DNA from: Candidatus Omnitrophota bacterium
Lineage (GTDB): Bacteria > Omnitrophota > Gorgyraeia > Zapsychrales > Fredricksoniimonadaceae
Direction of reading: 5' to 3'
Length of the DNA: 47,100 bases
Assembly: GCA_002753745.1 (NCBI GenBank)
Contig: PEAR01000002.1
Span: forward strand, 1 to 47,100
Positions 1 through 8,685 of the stretch are shown here, one piece after another (position 1 is the first letter of the stretch; every line of letters begins with the position of its first letter). The translations under genes and the position numbers were made by a program. The notes under the pieces were generated by a model. It saw only the letters and a program-made list of their open reading frames with translations. It had not been told where the DNA came from and made no database searches.

Positions 1-250
1 TATGCTCCCAGATATTTTTAGCCGTCAACAGATTAAAAGAGTAGATTGCACGGATCTTGTCATCATCCAGGTCAATGCGGATCGGAGAATCAAAATTTGC
101 GGGGAAAATATCGAGAATACTGCCGCGAACAGCGTACAGGCCTTCATGACAAGCCGATGTCCCGCGTTCATAACCGAACCCGGCAATATCAGCCTGCAGC
201 GTTTCAAGAGAAACCGACTGACCAATGAAATATTTTAATGAATAAAACAT
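1..250 (-). CDS. mfd: Transcription-repair coupling factor (Mfd)-like protein, N-terminal part; open at the window edge
   Basis: Absent from the ORF track because it runs off the window. My translation of the minus strand from ATG 250..248 gives MFYSLKYFIGQSVSLETLQADIAGFGYERGTSACHEGLYAVRGSILDIFPANFDSPIRIDLDDDKIRAIYSFNLLTAKNIWEH. The block G-x-Y-x-VRG-x-ILDIFP ... IRIDL-DD-x-I-x-x-I-x-x-F matches the UvrB-homology module of Mfd. UvrB has the same block but needs an upstream ATPase domain, which is absent here. In-frame stop upstream at 310..308. Confidence 0.45.
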   Translation of the reverse strand, partial: MFYSLKYFIGQSVSLETLQADIAGFGYERGTSACHEGLYAVRGSILDIFPANFDSPIRIDLDDDKIRAIYSFNLLTAKNIWEH

Positions 251-274
251 AATAGCCTGACGCGTATAAAGAAT

Positions 275-309
275 GAACCCCGGGTGCAGCATGACCGCTC
301 CCGGGGTTC
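275..309 (-). terminator. Putative intrinsic terminator hairpin downstream of secDF
   Basis: Perfect 10 bp inverted repeat GAACCCCGGG (275..284) / CCCGGGGTTC (300..309) with a 15 nt loop. It lies 21 nt past the secDF stop and on the minus strand is followed by ATTCTTTAT. The T-tract is weak. Confidence 0.45.
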
Positions 310-329
310 ACTTATATTTACAAAACGGA

Positions 330-2540
330 TCACCAGCTCTTTTTGGTGAACTTCTGAGCCAGGACCACCAGCGGCGAAACCACCATGATCGTGGAATAGA
401 TACCCGCTGTAAACCCGATGATCAACGTTAACGAGAATGTATTGAGCACCTCGCCGCCCATAAAAAATAACGCCAGTACGACCAGCATGGTCACAAAGGT
501 CGTTAATAAAGTCCGAGCCAGGGTCTGATTAATACTTAAGTTAATCACTTCTGCCAACGTGCCTTTTTTACCGGTCTTATTAAAATTCTCCCGAACACGA
601 TCATAAATAACAATCGTATCATTGATAGAATAACCTGCCACCGTCAACAAAGCCGTAATAACCAAAAGGTCGATCTGCCGTCCAAAGAAAACTGTGAGCC
701 CCATGGCAATGATAACGTCATGAAGCAGGGCAACAACGCCGGCAAAAGCAAAGTCATAATGCTTGAATCTGAACCCCAAATAGATCAGGATCCCGCCAAG
801 AGCCAGCAGTAGAGCCCACACCGCCTGCTCACGCAAATGTTTGCCGACAACAGGGCCGACTTTCTCGATCCTTAATGTTTGAAACGTATTATCCTTGAAT
901 TCTGCTCTGAATGCCGCCTGCACTTTAACGTCGGAATCTTCCGCGGTGCGAATGATGACATTCTCAGGATTCTTATCATACTGCTGAATGATCGCATCAA
1001 CCACACCAGCGTCCTTGATGACCTTGCGTACATTCTCCGCCGAAACAGGTTTCTCAAAACGATACTGCTGGACCTGACCGCCGGAGAAATCAATGCCATA
1101 GGCTTGATTCTTCTTCATAATAATGCTTGTTATTCCAACCACACTAACGGCCAATGAAAGAAAAATAAAGAATGGCGCCAGTTTAAGAAAATCGATCTTG
1201 GGAACTTTGAGAATATGGAGCATCCTCAGATTCTTGATCAAATTCTTCTCTATCAACAACAAGAACGCCGTACGCGTCACATAAACGGTGGTGAACAAAC
1301 TCGCCAAAAGACCGATCGAGAGAGTGATCGCAAAACCCTTGATCGGACCTGAACCGAACTGGAACAGCATAAAAGAAGCAATCAAGGATGTCACATGCGA
1401 GTCAAAAATAGCTGAGAATGCCCGATCATACCCGGTATTGATAGCCGATACCAGCGCTTTGCCGTTATCAACCTCTTCCCTGATACGTTCATTAATAAGA
1501 ACGTTCGCATCAACCGCCATCCCCAATGTTAAAGCCAAACCGGCAATACCCGGAAGGGTCATCGTAACCTGGGAGCCCGGCATCATGACATTTATAAATC
1601 CCATGGTGCCGATCGTGATCAACAAGTTCAGGAACAAACCGATCGACGCAATAATGCCACCGATAAAATAATAAAAGATCATAAAAATAAATACCGCCAG
1701 CGTGCCGATGACCATCGCCTTGATCCCGGCATCAATAGAATCTTTACCTAGTAACGGCCCGATCGTCCGTTCTTCCTCGATCGACATCGGACAGGGCAGC
1801 GAACCGGAACGCAGTGCCAATGCCAGCATGGATGATTCCGCATCGCTGAATTGACCAGAAATCTCGGCCGTTCCAGTCAGAATAGGTTCACGAATATTAG
1901 GCGCGGACAGAACTTCACTATCCATCACGATAGCCAGGCGTTCCCCGACATGCTTCTGAGTAAGGTCTGCAAAATCTTTGGCTCCCTGACTATTAAACGT
2001 CAGAGAGATCTTCGGATAAAAAGAATGCTGGTCAAAATCAACCTTGGCATCGGAAATAGAATCACCCTGCATGATTGCTTTGGTCTCAACGATGATCGGA
2101 TCGGCTTTCGTGCCCTTGACGTATTTCAATTCGTAACCATCAACGACCTTACCGGCACTGATCTCCTTGAACATTTCCGGATCTTCTTTCACCAGACGGA
2201 ATTCAAGATGGGCCACGCGCTTGACCATGTCGACAGCTTTATCGCGGTCGGTCACACCTGGGAGCTGCACCAAAATCTGATCTTCACCCTGACGCTGAAC
2301 AACAGTCTCACCCACACCGAGCGAATCGATACGGTTACGCAGAATTTCCATCGCGCGCACCACAGCGTCCGCTTTGGCATTTTCGGAAAGCTTGGACGTA
2401 TCCACCTTCATAATCAGATGCATACCTCCGCGCAAGTCCAACCCAAGGTTAATGCGCTTGTTCAACGGCCAGGCAAAAGCCACGCAAGCCGCAACAACAC
2501 CCAGAATTAACAAAAACCTGTTAACTAATGCCTTCGACAT
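330..2540 (-). CDS. secDF: Protein translocase subunit SecDF (fused SecD-SecF), 736 aa
   Basis: N-terminal TM followed by LGLDLRGGMHL (SecD signature). Periplasmic domain, two six-TM bundles, SecF-like second half (YGIDFSGG). GGAGAGG RBS upstream. Sits directly downstream of yajC, the classical arrangement. Confidence 0.95.
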   Translation of the reverse strand: MSKALVNRFLLILGVVAACVAFAWPLNKRINLGLDLRGGMHLIMKVDTSKLSENAKADAVVRAMEILRNRIDSLGVGETVVQRQGEDQILVQLPGVTDRDKAVDMVKRVAHLEFRLVKEDPEMFKEISAGKVVDGYELKYVKGTKADPIIVETKAIMQGDSISDAKVDFDQHSFYPKISLTFNSQGAKDFADLTQKHVGERLAIVMDSEVLSAPNIREPILTGTAEISGQFSDAESSMLALALRSGSLPCPMSIEEERTIGPLLGKDSIDAGIKAMVIGTLAVFIFMIFYYFIGGIIASIGLFLNLLITIGTMGFINVMMPGSQVTMTLPGIAGLALTLGMAVDANVLINERIREEVDNGKALVSAINTGYDRAFSAIFDSHVTSLIASFMLFQFGSGPIKGFAITLSIGLLASLFTTVYVTRTAFLLLIEKNLIKNLRMLHILKVPKIDFLKLAPFFIFLSLAVSVVGITSIIMKKNQAYGIDFSGGQVQQYRFEKPVSAENVRKVIKDAGVVDAIIQQYDKNPENVIIRTAEDSDVKVQAAFRAEFKDNTFQTLRIEKVGPVVGKHLREQAVWALLLALGGILIYLGFRFKHYDFAFAGVVALLHDVIIAMGLTVFFGRQIDLLVITALLTVAGYSINDTIVIYDRVRENFNKTGKKGTLAEVINLSINQTLARTLLTTFVTMLVVLALFFMGGEVLNTFSLTLIIGFTAGIYSTIMVVSPLVVLAQKFTKKSW

Positions 2541-2588
2541 GATTACCTCTCCCAGTTTGTTTCTTAAATAAAAAACCTTCGCGGTGCT

Positions 2589-2867
2589 TTATTCGCCTTT
2601 TTTAATAACAGATGTGACCGACTCTTTCTCAAATTCAACGCGCACATTCTCATCAAGTCTCAAAACAACGGTCGTATCCTTAACGTTAACCACGATCCCG
2701 CGGATCCCACCGACAGTAAGGACTTCATCATTCTTGCGCAGGTTCTTTAATAATTCCTGGTGAACTTTCTGTTTCTGCTTTTCAGGGCGGATAAGCAGAA
2801 AATAAAAGATCCCGAAAATGAGGACAATCGGAAGAAGCTGCATCAGCATATTCGACTGTGGTGCCAT
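2589..2867 (-). CDS. yajC: Preprotein translocase subunit YajC, 92 aa
   Basis: Single N-terminal TM, then LLIRPEKQKQK ... L.K.DEVLTVGGI.G.V, typical of YajC. AGGAG RBS. Lies upstream of secDF. Confidence 0.9.
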   Translation of the reverse strand: MAPQSNMLMQLLPIVLIFGIFYFLLIRPEKQKQKVHQELLKNLRKNDEVLTVGGIRGIVVNVKDTTVVLRLDENVRVEFEKESVTSVIKKGE

Positions 2868-2975
2868 ATATACTCCTAAGTAAAAAAGATTAATAAAACA
2901 ATAACCTCATCGCGAAAAAGATGCACAGCTTTTTATCTCCACCGCAACGATGCAATAAATAGCGTGTTTACGCCA

Positions 2976-3224
2976 TTAACCTTTTTTCGTTTTATTATAA
3001 AGCGAACGAACGGTATCCGTCATGGTCGCGCCCTTCTTGATCCAGATATCGGCCTTGGCCGTATCGATCTTGTAAGAAGCCGGCTTTTTCGACGGGTCAT
3101 AGTATCCGATGATCTCAAGAACTCGCCCGTCACGGGGATAACTCTTGGGGATAACCACGATGCGCCAATTGTGATTTTTCTGAGCCGGATCGCCAGCCTT
3201 CTGCATTCTGATCTTAACTTCCAT
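2976..3224 (-). CDS. rpsP: 30S ribosomal protein S16, 82 aa
   Basis: MEVKIRMQKAGDPAQKNHNWRIVVIPKSYPRDGRVLEIIGYYDPSKKP matches the S16 pattern (V.IRL.R.G....P.YRIVV.D.R..RDGR.IE.IG.YDP). I prefer the internal ATG at 3224 (AAGGAG RBS 6-7 nt upstream) to the ORF-track start at 3290. The longer form adds 22 non-S16 residues and overlaps trpE. Confidence 0.9.
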   Translation of the reverse strand: MEVKIRMQKAGDPAQKNHNWRIVVIPKSYPRDGRVLEIIGYYDPSKKPASYKIDTAKADIWIKKGATMTDTVRSLYNKTKKG

Positions 3225-3261
3225 TGTTACTCCTTTTGTGTTTTTCTGTAAAAGCCCCTTA

Positions 3262-4764
3262 TCAGGCTTTCCTATTATATGCCAATTCAAGCGCCTTAAG
3301 CTGCGCCCCTGCTTTATTCATTGTTTCGATGTATTCTTTCGACGGATCGGAATCAGCCACGATTCCGGCACCCGCTTGAATGTATGCCTTGTTTTCCGTT
3401 AACACAACGGTTCGGATTGTGATGCACATATCCAGATCGCCGGAGAAACTGAAATAACCAACACATCCCCCGTAAGGCCCGCGACGCGTTGTTTCCAGGC
3501 CGTCAATGATCTCCATAGCCCGGATCTTAGGGGCACCGGAAAGTGTTCCCGCCGGGAATACAGCCTCCAAGGCCGAAATCGCATCCTCTTTGTCCTTTAA
3601 CGTTCCCTGAACGTTCGACACAATATGCATCACATGCGAATATTTCTCGATCGACATCAAATCCGTCACTTTTACCGTGCCTTCACGGCAAACACGCCCA
3701 AGATCATTGCGCCCCAAATCGACAAGCATGACATGTTCGGCAATTTCCTTCGGATCAGCTAAAAGCTCTTTTGCCAGCGCTTCATCCTCCTGAGGAGTCT
3801 TCCCCCGGGGACGAGTTCCAGCGATCGGGCGTGTTTCTACCAGACCATGTTCACAGCGTACCAGCATCTCGGGCGATGAACCGACAATGCTCATCCCGTT
3901 TAAATTCAGCAAATACATATACGGCGATGGATTGAGCGCACGTAATGTACGATACAAACTGATCGCATCAACCCTGGCATCAACCTCAAGCCGCTGCGAT
4001 AAAACAACCTGAATGATCTCCCCGGCCTTTATCTCTTCCTTGGCCTTCAACACCATCTGCTCATAGCGGCCTTTGGTGCAATTAGAGCGGACCTTAAACT
4101 TTGAACCACCTGAAGTCTTCTTAATTTTTGGTAACGGCGCGTTCAACGTCGAGGCCAGACGATCAATCGCTTTCATAGCCATCGAAAATTTATTTAACTT
4201 AGCCGCCTTCGTGTCCTTAGGATCAACGTCGATACAAGATACCAGTTTAATCGTATGGTGTAGATGATCAAAGATCACCATGTCGCGTGCCAGCATCAGG
4301 ACCATATCGGGCAAAGCCAGGTCATCCGTCGTTTTGTCAGGCAAATTCTCAAAGAACCGTACGGCATCATAGCTTAAATAGCCCACAAAACCACCGCAAA
4401 ACTGCGGAAGGCCAGATATAGTAACAAAATTATACTTATTTAGCAACTGCCGGATTATTTCTAGCGGTGATCGGTCAAAGCCTGCTTTTTGCGATACCAG
4501 CTTACCCTTGTTTAAAGTAAGCACCTCAGCACACCGATCTTTACTACTAACAACAAGATGAGGATTACAGGCTATAAAGGAATACCGCGCCAGCTTCTCA
4601 TTCCCCTCAACCGATTCCAGCAGAAACGAATACAAGGACCCTGCCGACAATTTCATATAAGCGGAAACCGGCGTTTCCAAGTCGCCGTAGATCTCGCGGT
4701 AAACCGGCACCAGATTCCCCTGGGAACAAAATGCCAAAAACTCTTTCTCAGACATTGTATACAT
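3262..4764 (-). CDS. trpE: Anthranilate synthase component I (TrpE), 500 aa
   Basis: Chorismate-binding family. N-terminal FLLESVEGNEKLARYSF (the LLES Trp-feedback motif of TrpE). C-terminal GTLSGAPK..AMEII...E...RG.YGG.VGY and GAGIVADSDP. No trpG/trpD adjacent. PabB or isochorismate synthase is less likely but not excluded. Confidence 0.8.
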   Translation of the reverse strand: MYTMSEKEFLAFCSQGNLVPVYREIYGDLETPVSAYMKLSAGSLYSFLLESVEGNEKLARYSFIACNPHLVVSSKDRCAEVLTLNKGKLVSQKAGFDRSPLEIIRQLLNKYNFVTISGLPQFCGGFVGYLSYDAVRFFENLPDKTTDDLALPDMVLMLARDMVIFDHLHHTIKLVSCIDVDPKDTKAAKLNKFSMAMKAIDRLASTLNAPLPKIKKTSGGSKFKVRSNCTKGRYEQMVLKAKEEIKAGEIIQVVLSQRLEVDARVDAISLYRTLRALNPSPYMYLLNLNGMSIVGSSPEMLVRCEHGLVETRPIAGTRPRGKTPQEDEALAKELLADPKEIAEHVMLVDLGRNDLGRVCREGTVKVTDLMSIEKYSHVMHIVSNVQGTLKDKEDAISALEAVFPAGTLSGAPKIRAMEIIDGLETTRRGPYGGCVGYFSFSGDLDMCITIRTVVLTENKAYIQAGAGIVADSDPSKEYIETMNKAGAQLKALELAYNRKA

Positions 4765-4766
4765 TA

Positions 4767-5522
4767 TTAAGTACGAACCGGGATCCCCCGGCCTTTCACA
4801 TATGCTTTCACGTCTCTGATCGGGATCTCGCCATAATGGAAAATAGACGCAGCAAGTCCCGCATCAGCGCCTGACTTCTCAAAAACGTCCGCAAAGTGAG
4901 CCGCTTTCCCAGCACCACCAGAGGCGATCACCGGAATATTAACCGTCGCACTGACTGCAGCTGTTAACGGCAGATCGAAACCGTCCTTGGTCCCATCTGT
5001 ATCCATGCTGGTAAGAAGAATCTCTCCCGCGCCAAGCTGCTGAACCTCCCGGGCCCACAGAACAGCTTCTTTTTCAGTCTCATTTCTACCACCATGAGTG
5101 AAGACTTTCCAGACATTGCCAATCTTTTTTACATCGATCGCTACCACGATGCATTGAGAACCAAACCGGTCGGCCGCCTCACGAATCAACGTTGGATTCT
5201 TTACAGCTGAGGTATTAATCGATACTTTGTCCGCGCCGGCATTCAAAAGAAGGCGGATATCGTCCACAGAATTAATGCCACCCCCGACAGTAAGCGGCAT
5301 GAACACCTGCTCCGCTGTCCGGTTGACGACATCAATAAAAATTTTGCGTCCTTCATGACTCGCGGTAATATCCAAAAAGACCAGTTCGTCTGCCCCGGCA
5401 GCATCATAAGCCCGGGCACAATCCACCGGATCGCCGGCATCCCGAAGATTTACAAAATTAATGCCTTTAACAACCCGCCCGTCTTTGACATCAAGGCAAG
5501 GAATGATTCTTTTTGTCAGCAT
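4767..5522 (-). CDS. hisF: Imidazole glycerol phosphate synthase cyclase subunit HisF, 251 aa
   Basis: [22 protein letters not shown]...RDAGDPV and [12 protein letters not shown] are HisF hallmarks. Overlaps hisA by 7 nt. Confidence 0.95.
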   Translation of the reverse strand: MLTKRIIPCLDVKDGRVVKGINFVNLRDAGDPVDCARAYDAAGADELVFLDITASHEGRKIFIDVVNRTAEQVFMPLTVGGGINSVDDIRLLLNAGADKVSINTSAVKNPTLIREAADRFGSQCIVVAIDVKKIGNVWKVFTHGGRNETEKEAVLWAREVQQLGAGEILLTSMDTDGTKDGFDLPLTAAVSATVNIPVIASGGAGKAAHFADVFEKSGADAGLAASIFHYGEIPIRDVKAYVKGRGIPVRT

Positions 5523-6235
5523 AGGGCGAATGCCTTTTTAATATCCAAGGTGCCTTCATAGATCGCCTTGCCCGTAATGACGCCCCAAAGGTTTGACGCT
5601 TTCAAGGCCAGTAGGGCCCTGATATCATCAAGAGACTTGACCCCGCCGGAAGCGATCACATTAAGGCCATCAACAGCAAGGATTTCTTTCAACCCGTCAA
5701 TATTAGGACCAGACAAAGTGCCGTCACGGGCAATATCAGTGTAAATAACATATTTCAGGCCCATGGCCGCAAACTGCCTCGCCAGGTCGATCCCTTTCAC
5801 CGTGGAAGTTTCCACCCAGCCGCGCTGAGCAACAAAACCATTCGAACAGTCCAGACTCACCGCGATCTGATCGTCCCATTTCTTTAACAGCATGGCCAGA
5901 AAATCACAATCACCCACTACCCTGGTCCCCAAAATAACCCGGGCGATCCCCGCCGATAAATAATTATCGACAACATCAATACTGCGGATACCGCCGCCAG
6001 TTTCAACAGGGATCGTCAGTTCTTTAGCGATCCGTTTGATCACCTGCTGGTTACGCCGCTCGCCGGACTCAGCTCCGTCAAGGTCGACCACATGAAGGAA
6101 AGGCGCGCCCAGATCCTGCCAGCGTTTGGCCATATCCAGCGGATCCGTTCCGTATTCAGTCATTTGATCGAACTGGCCCTTAAAAAGACGTACAACCTTG
6201 CCATCCTTGATATCGATCGCGGGTAAAATCAACAT
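5516..6235 (-). CDS. hisA: ProFAR isomerase HisA, 239 aa
   Basis: [20 protein letters not shown]........DP...A..W...G...LHVVDLDGA is a typical HisA N-terminus. Lies between hisH and hisF. Confidence 0.93.
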   Translation of the reverse strand: MLILPAIDIKDGKVVRLFKGQFDQMTEYGTDPLDMAKRWQDLGAPFLHVVDLDGAESGERRNQQVIKRIAKELTIPVETGGGIRSIDVVDNYLSAGIARVILGTRVVGDCDFLAMLLKKWDDQIAVSLDCSNGFVAQRGWVETSTVKGIDLARQFAAMGLKYVIYTDIARDGTLSGPNIDGLKEILAVDGLNVIASGGVKSLDDIRALLALKASNLWGVITGKAIYEGTLDIKKAFALC

Positions 6236-6831
6236 TGGACAAAATTCCTTAATATGCCAAGACCAACCGTCTGACTTTTTTCCGGGTGGAACTGAGCACC
6301 CCAGATGTTCTTATGACACACCGACGATGTATAGGAAATGCCATAATCCGTAACGGTTGCAGTAACCAATCGGTCTTTCGGACGTGCATAATAGGAATGA
6401 CAAAAATAAACGAATGCACCTTCCGCAATCCCTCGGAACATCGGACAATCCGGTTGAACGATCCTGATCGCATTCCACCCCATTTGGGGCACCTTAACCG
6501 TATCCGCAAAGCGTTCCACCACGCCAGGCAGAATTCCGAGAGCTTTAACATTGCCGCCTTCAGTACTGGAATCGAACAAGACCTGAAAACCGAGGCATAT
6601 CCCCAAAAATGGCTTGCCCAATGATACCTGGGAACGGATCAAGTCCGAAAGGTGCAATTCATCCAGGCGGGCCATCGCCGGGCGGACAGCACCGACTCCG
6701 GGCAAAACGATCTTGCCGGCCCGTTCAATGACCGAGCGGTCAGATGTTATCTGAGCATCCGCGCCGCTAGCTTCAAGAGCTTTTTGAACACTGCGCAAGT
6801 TACCCATGCCGTAATCAATGATTGCAATCAT
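6229..6831 (-). CDS. hisH: Imidazole glycerol phosphate synthase glutamine amidotransferase subunit HisH, 200 aa
   Basis: MIAIIDYGMGNLRSVQKALE, the nucleophile elbow GICLGFQ and a C-terminal QFHPEKS form the class I GATase triad context typical of HisH. ATGA overlap with the hisB stop. Confidence 0.95.
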   Translation of the reverse strand: MIAIIDYGMGNLRSVQKALEASGADAQITSDRSVIERAGKIVLPGVGAVRPAMARLDELHLSDLIRSQVSLGKPFLGICLGFQVLFDSSTEGGNVKALGILPGVVERFADTVKVPQMGWNAIRIVQPDCPMFRGIAEGAFVYFCHSYYARPKDRLVTATVTDYGISYTSSVCHKNIWGAQFHPEKSQTVGLGILRNFVQC

Positions 6832-7448
6832 CAGTCAATAATACCTTTTGTTGAGGGAACAATGCCTTCACGGCGCGGATCCACCTGCGTGGCCTGATCA
6901 AGCGCCAGGCCAAGAGCCTTGAACGCCGCTTCAACATTCGTATGAACATCGTCTGAAACATTCTGCAGGGTAATACTGAGCGTACACCCGAGGCTATGCG
7001 CAAACGATTCCATAAAATGCTCAAGATAACTCAGAGAGTACTCCTGTTTATCGCCGGACTGTATGACTTTATCTTTCTCAAGGTTCAGCCTGAAATAACC
7101 CCGCCCGCTGATATCGATGATCGCCCGGGCCACCGTGGATTCCATTGGTGCGCCGGCGCTGCCAAAACGGCGGATTCCCGCCTTATCGGCAAGAGCCTGC
7201 TTGAAGGCCTTGCCCAGAACGATCCCAATATCTTCGTTCGTATGATGAATATCGATCTGGGTATCAGATTTAATGATCTCAAGTTCAAGATCGAAAAGGC
7301 CATGAAAAGCGAACAGCTCGATCATATGGTCCAGAAAACCGATCCCCGTCTTGATCTCGCAGCGGTCTCCACGGCCGTCAATATTCAGCTTGGCCTTGAT
7401 ATGTGTTTCCTTGCTTTTGCGTTCAACAACAGCTGTTCTAGACGACAT
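6831..7448 (-). CDS. hisB: Imidazoleglycerol-phosphate dehydratase HisB (monofunctional), about 205 aa
   Basis: R.A.V.R.T.ET.I...L.IDG, GIGFLDHM...FA.H, DIHHT.EDIGI.LG and H....E..FKA. are IGPD motifs. I prefer ATG 7448 (AAGGGGA RBS, no overlap with hisD) to the track start 7478, which would overlap hisD by 17 nt. Confidence 0.9.
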   Translation of the reverse strand: MSSRTAVVERKSKETHIKAKLNIDGRGDRCEIKTGIGFLDHMIELFAFHGLFDLELEIIKSDTQIDIHHTNEDIGIVLGKAFKQALADKAGIRRFGSAGAPMESTVARAIIDISGRGYFRLNLEKDKVIQSGDKQEYSLSYLEHFMESFAHSLGCTLSITLQNVSDDVHTNVEAAFKALGLALDQATQVDPRREGIVPSTKGIID

Positions 7449-7461
7449 AAATTTCCCCTTG

Positions 7462-8685
7462 TTATTTGAACCGGACATTGACCGTTTCGGCGTGCTTGAC
7501 TAACCCTTCGATCAACGCGATCTGCGCCAGTGGCTCTTTAACCTTTTCTAAAGCCTTCCGTGAATATGAAATAAGATGGCTGGTTTTCATAAAATCCGAC
7601 AGGCTTAACCCCGACGAGAATTTGGCCGTCCCCAGTGTCGGCAGCACATGGCTGGGACCTGCAATATAATCTCCCAGCGGCGTCGGACTATAAGCCCCCA
7701 GGAAAATAGCGCCGGCGTGTCGGATCATTTTGGCGACACTTTGCGGATCATTGGTCAGGATCTGCAAATGCTCCGGCGCGATGCGGTTGGAAATGTCACA
7801 TGCCTCTTCCATATTTTTGGCATAGATCACAAACCCGCCCTGCACACGATTCCTTACCTGACGGATCAATTGCTTAGAAGTCGAGATCAGGATCGAGAGG
7901 CCACCAGCATGTTCCAACTGAGACTCAAAATCGGCCACTACAAAATCGGGATTGCTGAAACGATTGGCAATGATCACCAGTTCCGTCGGGCCTGCAAGCA
8001 TATCAATGTCGACAAACCCGAACAGCTGGCGTTTAGCTTCTGTCACATAGGCATTACCAGGCCCTACGATCTTATCGACCCTCGGCACACTCTTGGTCCC
8101 ATATGCCAGCGCGGCAATGGCCTGCGCTCCGCCGATCTTATAGATCTCCTTAACATTCAATAAATTTGCCACCGCGAGAACGTAAGGATTAACATGCCCA
8201 TCTTTACCGGGCGGTGTTGCAATAACGATCCTTTTAACTCCGGCGATCAACGCCGGCACCACTGTCATATAAACGGACGATACCAGAGGAGCTGTGCCCG
8301 CCGGGATATAGACGCCAACCGAATCCAGCGGCTTGTATTCTTCCTTCAAGAAAATCCCGTCTCCGCTCTTTATGCAGCAAGGCTTCTTGATTTGCTTGCG
8401 ATAAAACGCGGACACATTGTTGATAACCAGCTTTAATGAAGCAATAAAGTCCGGCGTGATATTCTGGAACGCTCCGCTGATCTCGCTTTCCGCGACACGC
8501 AGGTCTTTTGGACTGAGTTTAACTTTATCGAAACGACGGGTATATTTTAGGACTGCGGCATCCCCATTAACACGGATATCCGCAATAATACGCTGAACTT
8601 TATCAACCGTACTCTGACGGCGGTAATACATATTGCGATTGTAGAGTGCCTCAATATTCTTGCTGTTAAGTTTTAAAAGTTTCAT
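7462..8685 (-). CDS. hisD: Histidinol dehydrogenase HisD, 407 aa
   Basis: I...V...GD.A...YT..FD, VG.YIPGG.AP..SSV.M...PA..AGV, GGAQAIAA.AYGT..V..VDKIVGPGN.YV..AK and PEHL are histidinol dehydrogenase signatures. Confidence 0.93.
   Translation of the reverse strand: MKLLKLNSKNIEALYNRNMYYRRQSTVDKVQRIIADIRVNGDAAVLKYTRRFDKVKLSPKDLRVAESEISGAFQNITPDFIASLKLVINNVSAFYRKQIKKPCCIKSGDGIFLKEEYKPLDSVGVYIPAGTAPLVSSVYMTVVPALIAGVKRIVIATPPGKDGHVNPYVLAVANLLNVKEIYKIGGAQAIAALAYGTKSVPRVDKIVGPGNAYVTEAKRQLFGFVDIDMLAGPTELVIIANRFSNPDFVVADFESQLEHAGGLSILISTSKQLIRQVRNRVQGGFVIYAKNMEEACDISNRIAPEHLQILTNDPQSVAKMIRHAGAIFLGAYSPTPLGDYIAGPSHVLPTLGTAKFSSGLSLSDFMKTSHLISYSRKALEKVKEPLAQIALIEGLVKHAETVNVRFK

Noticed and set aside
2-238. 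Track ORFs 2..238 (+), 46..228 (+) and 25..225 (-) at the left edge.
   Set aside because: A different minus-strand frame, open to the window edge and so not listed, encodes a recognisable Mfd/UvrB-type motif block. The listed ORFs show no recognisable features.
1851-2510. Long plus-strand ORFs from the track, for example 1851..2510 (219 aa), 6996..7469, 7648..8163, 12325..12711, 12985..13464 and 33138..33629.
   Set aside because: Each lies entirely antisense to a minus-strand gene with clear family motifs. Their translations are low-complexity, Arg/Ser/Leu-rich and match no family I recognise, and they lack RBSs. They are shadow ORFs.
2976-3290. The 104 aa form of the S16 ORF, starting at 3290.
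   Set aside because: The extra 22 residues are not S16-like and overlap the 3' end of trpE. The internal ATG at 3224 has a good AAGGAG RBS and gives a canonical S16 N-terminus (MEVKIRM).
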